From Armatimonadota bacterium (GTDB lineage Bacteria > Armatimonadota > HRBIN16): 64,000 nucleotides of DNA. The stretch is taken from assembly GCA_963677485.1 (NCBI GenBank), contig OY781964.1, positions 992,001-1,056,000 of the forward strand, in the 5' to 3' direction. The translations under genes and the position numbers were made by a program. A model generated the notes under the pieces. That model made no database searches and was not told the origin of the DNA. It saw only the letters and a program-made list of their open reading frames with translations. Below, in pieces: positions 20,192 through 28,266 of this stretch (position 1 is the stretch's first letter; each line of letters opens with the position of its first letter).

Positions 20192-20725
20192 ATGTCAATC
20201 GAACGGAAGCCAGCCCGCTTGCCGAAACACTTCTTCGAATGGATCGCAGTGATAGCTATAGTGGTTATCTGCGGATATATCATGTATCCTGCCTACATCG
20301 CCGTAAAAGATTTCAACGAGGAAGACGACGTAGGACACAATGCCAGTGCAATCAGGCATGCCTTGATATCCTATATCAGCCAGAATGACGGTCACCTACC
20401 GCCTGCCGACCAATGGTGCCACGCTCTGCAGCCACTGATCGAAGGTGACGGCAGCTACAATCTATTGAAATGGGAGAGGTATGGTAAGCGGGTGGAGCCG
20501 TTTGCTATGGTCCGCGCATTAGGCGGTGTAGATTTCAGAACCATCGATGATCCTGAACACACGGTACTCTTCTTCGAAATCGCTGAGCGCAAACCAAACG
20601 TGTCAGGTGACATCAGCATGCAGGTCCCACCCCATGGCAACAGCAAGTGGAATCTCGTCATACTGGCTGATTGCCGTTGGAAAATCAAATATGCCACACC
20701 TGACGGGAAACGGTCCAAACTGTGA
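20192..20725 (+). CDS. Pilin-like single-TM protein, array member A2
   Basis: NDGHLPPADQWC.ALQP, EPFAM and FFEIAERKPNVSGD. Closest to A4; DG is replaced by DC. Confidence 0.75.
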   Translation: MSIERKPARLPKHFFEWIAVIAIVVICGYIMYPAYIAVKDFNEEDDVGHNASAIRHALISYISQNDGHLPPADQWCHALQPLIEGDGSYNLLKWERYGKRVEPFAMVRALGGVDFRTIDDPEHTVLFFEIAERKPNVSGDISMQVPPHGNSKWNLVILADCRWKIKYATPDGKRSKL

Positions 20726-20738
20726 TGAATAAAGAATA

Positions 20739-21389
20739 ATGGGTATGTCTACCCAGCCAGAATCTGCCCCAGATCGACTAAAACATAACCGTAAGAAACA
20801 AAGCTGCATCTCCGAGCTGGCCTTCGTACTCGTGGTGCTCGGAATTCTGGTGGCCATAATCTACCCAGTAATCCAACATGCGCGGGACACAGCTCGGTAT
20901 TCGGACAATCCACACAATGCAGACATCATCGGACGGGCCTTGTTGCTCTATTACGAAGGTAGTGATGGCTGTCTACCACCGACTGAGCGTTGGGGAACGG
21001 TCTTGCAGCCATTTGTAAACCGTGTGATGGAAAAAGACGCTCTGGATCGCAGTATGCGTGACGGGAACAAAGAAGCTGCATATCGAATACGGCAATTCAA
21101 TATCGTGAGATGGGATCGCGAACCTTTTGCCATGAACCGAGCCTTGAGCGGCGTCAACGTGAAGAAGATCAAGCACCCCGAGCAAACCGTGGTGTTCTTT
21201 GAGACAACCGAGCGCATACCCAACCTGTCGGGTGACCAGAGTCTGCAGATGTCACCATATGGCGGACGCAAGCGGAACGCCGTAGTGATGGCAGATGGAA
21301 CCATGTTGATCATCGGACAGGCTCAGGGCGGCAGTGGTCGTCTGGTTGACTGGTATGGCAAGCCCGTAACCATCCGTTGGAAGCCGTAG
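20739..21389 (+). CDS. Pilin-like single-TM protein, array member A3
   Basis: ISELAFV TM, EPFAMNRALSGVNVKKIKHP, VVMADG and VTIRWKP end. Confidence 0.75.
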   Translation: MGMSTQPESAPDRLKHNRKKQSCISELAFVLVVLGILVAIIYPVIQHARDTARYSDNPHNADIIGRALLLYYEGSDGCLPPTERWGTVLQPFVNRVMEKDALDRSMRDGNKEAAYRIRQFNIVRWDREPFAMNRALSGVNVKKIKHPEQTVVFFETTERIPNLSGDQSLQMSPYGGRKRNAVVMADGTMLIIGQAQGGSGRLVDWYGKPVTIRWKP

Positions 21390-21530
21390 CCCATGGTGAG
21401 GGCGGGGCGGATTTTGTCTGAACCACGGATTACGCGGATTAACAGAATGACATGGGTGGGCACGGAGGCGGGAAGATACGATGATTGTGTATTTATTACC
21501 ATAATCGGAACCGATGAAGGAGTAATCGAC

Positions 21531-22316
21531 ATGGCCAACCAACCAGAACCTGCACCTATTAAAACGGAACCAGCACATAGATACTCTCGAATCGGCTTAG
21601 TGATTGGCATTTGCGGGTTGATGATTAATACGCTAGTCATAAGCGGTAACCTGGCATACCTCTTTTTCGGTTCTTTTGTAGGGTTTATTGGAGTAGTCAT
21701 CAGTTTAATGGGCTTGACAGAGCCTGTTCAACAACACTCACCCCGTAGCAAAAAGATGGCGATGACTGGGCTTGTTACCTCTGTGGCAGGCATTGTCCCT
21801 TTCGTTGTTTTGATATGTTATTCAGTGTCCGAAGGGCACAAGTCGCGTGAAAGCTCCGCCTGCCTTTCTAGATTGAAGGGGGTAGGACTAGCGTTGAGGA
21901 TGTATGCCGATGATAATGACGGTCGGTTTCCTATGGCCACCAACTGGCAACCGACCCTTCGCAGCTATGATTCACTCAGTCTACCTCTCGACCGAACAGA
22001 TGATGATACCGCAAGGTATTTTAGTTGCCCCAGTGCTGATGATTATAAGCACAGCTATGGTATGAATTCCTTAGTCGGTAACTCCGTCGTCCCAGGGTAC
22101 GACAGTAAGAGCAATCCGGTGCTGGCGTTTGATTGTTCACTTCCTGTAGCTAACGCTAATGGCGGCATTGAAGCGGTGGACTTCCGGCATAGGATAAAAG
22201 GGCGTCAAGGTTTCGCCAACATCATATTCGTAGATGGTAATGCCAAGACGGCATCAAGACGGAAAACCGACTTGCCGAACGTGATCACCATCGATCAATT
22301 GCAATGGAGGCCGTAG
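21531..22316 (+). CDS. DUF4190-like TM region plus DUF1559/H-X9-DG-like domain, array member B1
   Basis: About 3 TM helices, CLSRLKGVGLALRMYADDND, CP..., SYGMN and DFRH...ANIIFVDG. Start placed after GAAGGAG. Confidence 0.78.
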   Translation: MANQPEPAPIKTEPAHRYSRIGLVIGICGLMINTLVISGNLAYLFFGSFVGFIGVVISLMGLTEPVQQHSPRSKKMAMTGLVTSVAGIVPFVVLICYSVSEGHKSRESSACLSRLKGVGLALRMYADDNDGRFPMATNWQPTLRSYDSLSLPLDRTDDDTARYFSCPSADDYKHSYGMNSLVGNSVVPGYDSKSNPVLAFDCSLPVANANGGIEAVDFRHRIKGRQGFANIIFVDGNAKTASRRKTDLPNVITIDQLQWRP

Positions 22317-22438
22317 GCGGTCGCGTTGGCACCTGCGATACACGCCACCTGCCTACGGCGAGAGATAAACGTCGGAGGCGGGTGCGATCGGCCCCGCTGC
22401 GACGGGTTAAATTACGGAAAGACAAAGGAGTAAACATC

Positions 22439-23146
22439 ATGTATGTGAGAAGATCGCCGGCACAGTCTGAACCTGATTTTATCATCTCAGCAACCGCACG
22501 GGTGCTGGGGATAATGTCGGTATTCCTGTTCTTCACAATACTGCCGTTTTTCGGTGTTCTAGTCAGCGTCATCTCGTTAATTCTGGCTAACCGAAGCCAT
22601 GCTGTGCATAACCGATCAATGGCGCTCACAGGCCTCATCACCTCCATCGTAGGTTTGGTCATACTCGCTGGGTGGACAAGCCTCTCCATGAACGCAAAAC
22701 ACAAGGAATTTGGCCGTTATAACTGCTTGAACAACTCGAAACAGATCGGGTTGGCAATGAGGTTGTATGCCGATGACAACGACGGTATGTTGCCACCGAC
22801 CAATAAATGGCAGCGCCATCTGCGGAAATATACAAAAAGTGATCTGATCTACCGATGCCCTACTGCTAAAGACGCTAAGTATTCCTACGGTATGAACGCA
22901 CAAATAGGCAGCGTGTCAGAGCGCAAGTTGGCAAATCCGACCCAAACAGTGGCTGCGTTCGATTGTTCATTACCCATGGTAAGTGCCTCCGGTGGGCGTG
23001 AGGCGGTTGACTTCCGCCATCTGGTTCATGGAAATCCAGGCCTTGCGAACATCATCTTTACCGATGGCCATGCACAGGCGGCGACCGCCACCAAAACCGA
23101 TAACCCGAATTTCATGCCAATCGACCAGGTGCGGTGGAAGCCGTAG
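22439..23146 (+). CDS. DUF4190-like TM region plus DUF1559/H-X9-DG-like domain, array member B2
   Basis: CLNNSKQIGLAMRLYADDND, YRCP, SYGMN, DFRH...ANIIFTDGHA and IDQVRWKP. AAGGAG RBS. Confidence 0.8.
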   Translation: MYVRRSPAQSEPDFIISATARVLGIMSVFLFFTILPFFGVLVSVISLILANRSHAVHNRSMALTGLITSIVGLVILAGWTSLSMNAKHKEFGRYNCLNNSKQIGLAMRLYADDNDGMLPPTNKWQRHLRKYTKSDLIYRCPTAKDAKYSYGMNAQIGSVSERKLANPTQTVAAFDCSLPMVSASGGREAVDFRHLVHGNPGLANIIFTDGHAQAATATKTDNPNFMPIDQVRWKP

Positions 23147-23462
23147 GCGGTCGCGGGCTGATTACTGCGGTATGAGCCAGTAACCCCGCGTCGACGGGTT
23201 CCATCGCCCCAGGGGGCTCCATCACCCGTCGCTGATCAAATGGCTGCCCGCGTTCCGGCGGGCGCTGGCGGAGGGCACCCCGCGCCCGCTTGCGGGCTGC
23301 AAATAGCTAGACGCGCGGTGAGGGAACCCCATTCATGGGGTGACTAAACCCGCGGCAGCTTGAGCCACCAGCTTCTATACACGCCACCAGCCAATGGCGA
23401 CAGGTTCCGTGGCCCGGCGGGCGTTGGGAGGCTACCCACCTGCCGGAGCGATGTCCCGCAGC
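23147..23462 (+). repeat. Modular hairpin repeat mosaic, copy 2
   Basis: Same modules, including TAGACGCGCGGTGAGGGAACCCCATTCATGGGGTGACTAAACCCGCGGCAG. Confidence 0.9.
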
Positions 23463-23506
23463 ATTGGTTTTACGACACGACCGACAACTATAAAGGAGGA
23501 ATTGGT

Positions 23507-24244
23507 ATGGAAAAACCGCTAGAACCTGTAAGTATAAAACTGGAACCGGCATACAAGGTCTGCAGAGAGGCGATTGTTGTTGGTTTGATATCGTTGGTTC
23601 TCACCCCATACTCGCATTGGGTGCCGGTATTTCCACCGATCGCCAACATTATATGTATTCACGCGATCATACAATCCGTTCGTTTGCGTTCTCGTCGTTC
23701 CAGGTGGTTGGCCGTCATCGGATTACTCGCTTCGACACTGTCATTCATGCCGGCTGTGATGATGATGTCAGATGCTCAAAAAGGGCATGAATTATGGAAT
23801 GCTGAGTCCTGTTGTCTCTCAAACACGAGGCAGATCGGACTCGCTATGAGGGTGTATGCAGACGATAACGACTCCAGTTGGCCGTTAGCCAGTCATTGGC
23901 GTCCGTTAGTTCGAGGATACATTGGCCACCAGTATGATGGACACGACGTCTTCCAATGCCCGATTGCAACGGACACACTTTATAGCTATGGCATGAATAT
24001 CAATATGAGCGGGAATATAGAATTGACAACCGATAATGGTTCAAAAACTGCTGCAGTGTTCGACTGTGCACTACAGCAGTATAATGCCTCCGGTGGTCGT
24101 GCCTCAGTTGATTTTCGCCACCAGAGGGGGCCATCGAAACTGGCAAACTTCGTATTCACCGACGGTCATGCCAAGGCGGTGATAAATGGTAAGTCGAGAT
24201 ACTCGAGCGAATTGGGTATCGATCAGGTGCGATGGAAGCCGTAG
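23507..24244 (+). CDS. DUF4190-like TM region plus DUF1559/H-X9-DG-like domain, array member B3
   Basis: CLSNTRQIGLAMRVYADDND, FQCP, SYGMN, DFRH...ANFVFTDGHAK and IDQVRWKP. AGGAGG RBS. Confidence 0.8.
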   Translation: MEKPLEPVSIKLEPAYKVCREAIVVGLISLVLTPYSHWVPVFPPIANIICIHAIIQSVRLRSRRSRWLAVIGLLASTLSFMPAVMMMSDAQKGHELWNAESCCLSNTRQIGLAMRVYADDNDSSWPLASHWRPLVRGYIGHQYDGHDVFQCPIATDTLYSYGMNINMSGNIELTTDNGSKTAAVFDCALQQYNASGGRASVDFRHQRGPSKLANFVFTDGHAKAVINGKSRYSSELGIDQVRWKP

Positions 24245-24475
24245 GCGGTTGTATCTCACGGTGGCTGATTACTGCGGTATGAGCCAGTAGTCCCGCGTCG
24301 ACGGGTTCCATCGCCCCAGGGGGCTCCATCACCCGTCGCTGATCAAATGGCTGCCCGCGTCGCTTCGCTCCAGCGGGCGCTGGCGGAGGGCACCTTGCGC
24401 CCGCTTGTCGGCTGCGATTACCTAGACGCGCGGTGAGGGAACCCCATTCATGGGGTGACTAAACCCGCGGCAGCG
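24245..24475 (+). repeat. Modular hairpin repeat mosaic, copy 3
   Basis: Near-identical to copy 2 over about 200 bp. Confidence 0.9.
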
Positions 24476-24576
24476 TGGTAGACATGCTTCGATATTGGCT
24501 ACTGGCCTCGCTGCTGTAGCGGTAATATGGCCATTCGGTGATGCATGTAATCGTCACACAAGAAGGAGCACTCCAC

Positions 24577-25104
24577 ATGGAAAAGCAGCAAAAACAAGGT
24601 CGAAAGCTGACGCATACTGTAATCGAGATACTGGTCTGTGTCGCGATCGTTGCTGGTTTAGTAGCATATGCGATCCCAATCTTCCTGCAAGCACAGGATC
24701 TTGCTAAGTCATCGAACACCCAGGAACAGGCCAAAATCATCGGTGATGCACTGAGAGCATATTGCGCAAAGAATGACGGTCATCTTCCGCCAGCCGATCG
24801 CTGGTGTGATGCCCTGCAACCGCACATCGCAGCAGATACCAACTACAGCCTGCTCACATGGCAGCGTAATGATAGTAGCACAGAGCCATACGCCATGGTC
24901 CGTGCTATGAGCGGTGTCAACGTCAAGAGCATCAAACACCCAGAACGGACTGTGGCGTTCTTTGAAATCGCGGAGCGTAAGCCCAACGTGTCAGGCGACT
25001 TGAGCATGCAGGTTCCGGCACATGGTAAGCGTAAGTGGAATGTGGTGGTTATGGCGGATGGCAATCGGAAACTCATAATGCCGCCTGTCACAGATACACG
25101 ATAA
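24577..25104 (+). CDS. Pilin-like single-TM protein, array member A4
   Basis: VIEILVC TM, NDGHLPPADRWCDALQP and FFEIAERKPNVSGD.SMQVP.HG...MADG. AAGGAG RBS. Confidence 0.75.
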   Translation: MEKQQKQGRKLTHTVIEILVCVAIVAGLVAYAIPIFLQAQDLAKSSNTQEQAKIIGDALRAYCAKNDGHLPPADRWCDALQPHIAADTNYSLLTWQRNDSSTEPYAMVRAMSGVNVKSIKHPERTVAFFEIAERKPNVSGDLSMQVPAHGKRKWNVVVMADGNRKLIMPPVTDTR

Positions 25105-25134
25105 CCTGTCGACACCGATGAAGGAGCAACCCAC

Positions 25135-25791
25135 ATGTCCAACCAAACAGATTCGCTAAAACCGAAATACAAGATACCCAATTGGGGCATCGGATTCATC
25201 ACCGTTGTTTTGGTGTTTTCATATCTGTGGGTGTTGCTACAAGGTGTAAGGAAAACAAGCCAAGACACACTCCGGTGGTCCAGCAACCAGCACACCGCAC
25301 GAATCATCGGAAGTGCCCTTTCCCTTTATTACGAACAGAATGACAACACTCTGCCTCCTTCTGACCGCTGGGCGACCGCTTTACAGCCTTGTGTCAATGA
25401 AGCGGTAGATAGAGCCCATCAAAAATATCTAGATCGACTCAAGCGTGAAGGTATAAAGGAACCCCCAAGCTCGAAATACCCGTACAGTGTGATCACCTGG
25501 GTATCTGAAGGTCACCAATATGAGCCATTTGCCATGAACCGAGCCTTGAGTGGCGTCAATGTGAAGAAGATCAAGCACCCGAGGCAGGTGGTAGCCTTCT
25601 TTGAGACCACCGTACGCAAGCCAAACGCTTCGGGTGACCAGAGCCTGCAGGTTGCTCCCTACGGCGAACGCAAGTGGAACACGATGGTGATGGCAGATGG
25701 ATCACGGCTGACTACCCAACAGGCGGAAGATGGCAGCGGTCAGCGGGTCGACCCTTTTGATATGGCTGTGACCATCCGCTGGAAGCCATAG
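25135..25791 (+). CDS. Pilin-like single-TM protein, array member A5
   Basis: IIGSALSLYY..ND..LP, EPFAMNRALSGVNVKKIKHP, MADG and VTIRWKP. Confidence 0.75.
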   Translation: MSNQTDSLKPKYKIPNWGIGFITVVLVFSYLWVLLQGVRKTSQDTLRWSSNQHTARIIGSALSLYYEQNDNTLPPSDRWATALQPCVNEAVDRAHQKYLDRLKREGIKEPPSSKYPYSVITWVSEGHQYEPFAMNRALSGVNVKKIKHPRQVVAFFETTVRKPNASGDQSLQVAPYGERKWNTMVMADGSRLTTQQAEDGSGQRVDPFDMAVTIRWKP

Positions 25792-26275
25792 GCGCCGGGG
25801 CTGGCGGCTGCGATATGGGCGGTTATCCGCGCTCGGGCTATTGTCTGAACCACGGATTACGCGGATTGACAGGATGACACGGATGAGGAGAGAGCCACCC
25901 ACCGGCCGGAGCGATGTCCCGCAGGCCGCTAATGATCAGCCGTGCGGTGCAGGAACCCGCACTGGACGCCGTTCCCGGAGCGTCAGCTCCCGGAACGGTG
26001 GAGTGTGGGTGACTAAACCCGCGGCAACGAGAGCCGGTAGCTTCGAAATGAGCCAGTAGTCCCGCGTCGACGGGTTCCATCGCCCCAGCGGGCGCCGGCA
26101 GAGGGCACCCTGCGCCCGCTTGCGGGCTGCGACAACCTAGACGCGCGGTGAGGGAACCCCATTCATGGGGTGACAAAACCCGCGGCAGCTTGGGCCACCA
26201 GCCAACGGCGATGGGTTCCGTGGCCCATCCGTGACTTCGTCCCGGTACGGGCACTGTCACCCTTCGCCAACCACC
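25792..26275 (+). repeat. Modular hairpin repeat mosaic, copy 4 (longest)
   Basis: Contains modules seen in copies 1, 2 and 5, plus a TGTCTGAACCACGGATT 9-mer element. Confidence 0.88.
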
Positions 26276-26337
26276 CTTGGCGTTGGTCGCAGGTGGGTAA
26301 TCCCACGCTGTGGCGATCCAAACCTGGCCATCTACCC

Positions 26338-28215
26338 CTACCGCTCGAACTGCCTCAGTATCGTCTCTGTCCTGTCAAGATACAACTTGATCTGTGACTG
26401 GTCGCGTTTGGTCACAGCCTCCACGGACTTATATGCTCCCAGATAGGTGTTGTCATTTTGCAGCACCAGCACTTCACAGCCTATTAGCAAAGGCATACCG
26501 ACCAGCGATACGCAGACCACCAGAGCTGCGAGGTAACGCTGCCATACCAGATTCGCCTGTGCGTAGTAATCCGGAGTGCGGAGCTTGATGCGCATCACCG
26601 CTATCAATATAACAATCATCGGCAAGGCGAACATTAGCAGAACGGTCGTTGCATCAAACTCCAGTACCGTTCCGTGGGTCATCGATTCCGCCATCCAAAA
26701 ATACGCTGCGATGAGCAGCACAGGCAGCCAGTTGCAGGTCAATTCCGACCATCGAGCAGGAATTGGCACCCCAGCCGCCTGGCAGCGACGTTTGAGCTGA
26801 AACCTCATGATGACCCCACCGCAGACCACCAAAAGAACACTGACCCACAGCACCGCTTCCATGACAGATGCCGCGTTGCGTGTCGCCGCCACGATGGTGA
26901 TGACGGTCAGCGTGATGATCACCAGGGCGGTCACGGCACCCAACTGCTGTGGCGAGTTTGAAGCATCAACCTCCCGAGGTTGGTGATGGATAGCACGTAT
27001 AACCCCAAACCACACAGCTTGTCTGAGCAGTGCCGCGGCTACCAGCAGTGCCAAAATGAAGCACATCACCAACCACCCAGTCTGGGCCAGCAGAGTGCCT
27101 GTCGGCCTGTCTGGGTACTTTAGCCGCGCAGGGTCGTTATAGCCTTGGTCATATTGAGTGCTGAGTTGTTCAAGCTGCCGATGCTCTTCCGACTGCTTCC
27201 GTGCCTCAGCCTTATGACCTGACTTCAGCATTATGTCGTGTCTTAAGGCCGTCATGTTAACTATTCGTTCGATGACATACCACGCGACATCATCGGTCAT
27301 ACCGGGGTCGCTGGTCATCATTCGCAGGTAAGGAGCTGACTGAAGGTAATGAAGTGCTTTGCCCTCGTCCCCCTGTTGTGCCAGCCAGTAAGACACTGTG
27401 CTAATACTACTCGCATCAACCCCGTCTGGTGCCATGATGTAACGCGTAATCCACCGGTCCATGTAATGCTCCGCGAACACCGCCTTCGGCAGAGTGCGGA
27501 AAGCAGCCTCACAACGCTCGTGCTGATATAAACGCAGCGGCTTCTTGAGAGCTTTATCATATTCTGCGAGACCCTCTTCGACATACTTCCTGTTCACCAC
27601 CTCAGGACGTTCCGGAAGTCCAAGGTCCTCATCTGTATGAGCATATTTATCGTTGCTGGGCTCAGGCTTAGGAAACGAGTGTTCACGATTGATGATACTA
27701 AACGACCAGTAATAGTCGGCTAACCGCAGGTTGTAGAGCGCATTGTCAGGATCGAGCTGTTCACCCCTTTTCAGGAAGGCGATGTAATCGCGCTGCTTCG
27801 CGTTCAACTCACCGGATGCCGCCACAACGGGTGGCTTCGATGGCCCAGATGATTTATCGACGGCTGTTTGTTCTACATAAGGAGCCTCCAAATGACCGCT
27901 CAGCAGTGCATACAGCGGACGGTCACCATACTCGGAGCGGAATTTCGACCACCTCTGTGTTGCCACGGCGGGGCTCAACCGCGATGTTTGATCCACAGGC
28001 AATTGCGCTAGCTCATCCTTCGACAGTCCTATGACCCCATCCGGCAGCATCTGCTGCATCAAGAAGACAAACACCCGATACTGGGGATGATCAAGCACGC
28101 GGTTCATAACGATGTAAGCAGCAGGTCCTGGCCGCATGGGCAAGACGAAAAGCCCCAGAACCACAGCCAGCACTGGGAGTATTAGTGCCCTCAGGAATTT
28201 TATCTTGCCCTTCAT
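26338..28215 (-). CDS. Hypothetical membrane protein (large helical/TPR-like extracytoplasmic domain plus multi-TM C-terminus), paralog 1
   Basis: RGEQLDPDNALYNL, CNWLPV, KLRTPDYYA and GAYKSVE match the neighbouring gene. GGAGG precedes the ATG at 28215. Confidence 0.75.
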   Translation of the reverse strand: MKGKIKFLRALILPVLAVVLGLFVLPMRPGPAAYIVMNRVLDHPQYRVFVFLMQQMLPDGVIGLSKDELAQLPVDQTSRLSPAVATQRWSKFRSEYGDRPLYALLSGHLEAPYVEQTAVDKSSGPSKPPVVAASGELNAKQRDYIAFLKRGEQLDPDNALYNLRLADYYWSFSIINREHSFPKPEPSNDKYAHTDEDLGLPERPEVVNRKYVEEGLAEYDKALKKPLRLYQHERCEAAFRTLPKAVFAEHYMDRWITRYIMAPDGVDASSISTVSYWLAQQGDEGKALHYLQSAPYLRMMTSDPGMTDDVAWYVIERIVNMTALRHDIMLKSGHKAEARKQSEEHRQLEQLSTQYDQGYNDPARLKYPDRPTGTLLAQTGWLVMCFILALLVAAALLRQAVWFGVIRAIHHQPREVDASNSPQQLGAVTALVIITLTVITIVAATRNAASVMEAVLWVSVLLVVCGGVIMRFQLKRRCQAAGVPIPARWSELTCNWLPVLLIAAYFWMAESMTHGTVLEFDATTVLLMFALPMIVILIAVMRIKLRTPDYYAQANLVWQRYLAALVVCVSLVGMPLLIGCEVLVLQNDNTYLGAYKSVEAVTKRDQSQIKLYLDRTETILRQFER

Positions 28216-28266
28216 TATCGCCTCCAGATTCCGTCTGCTCATCTATAATGTGTGGTCGCTTGGATG

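Noticed and set aside
21393-21530. Extended N-termini in the ORF track (21393, 22304, 23360, 53465, 60274, 14641)
   Set aside because: The extensions run through repeats or a neighbouring gene, and better starts, mostly with a clear RBS, lie downstream.
23308-23360. Self-cleaving ribozyme or riboswitch in module M4
   Set aside because: No hammerhead (CTGATGA/GAAA), twister, pistol or HDV core could be matched by eye.
19704-26275. Classical integron cassette array
   Set aside because: I found no RYYYAAC...GTTRRRY attC boundaries and no intI. The genes are paralogs of one family, and the repeat also occurs outside the array.
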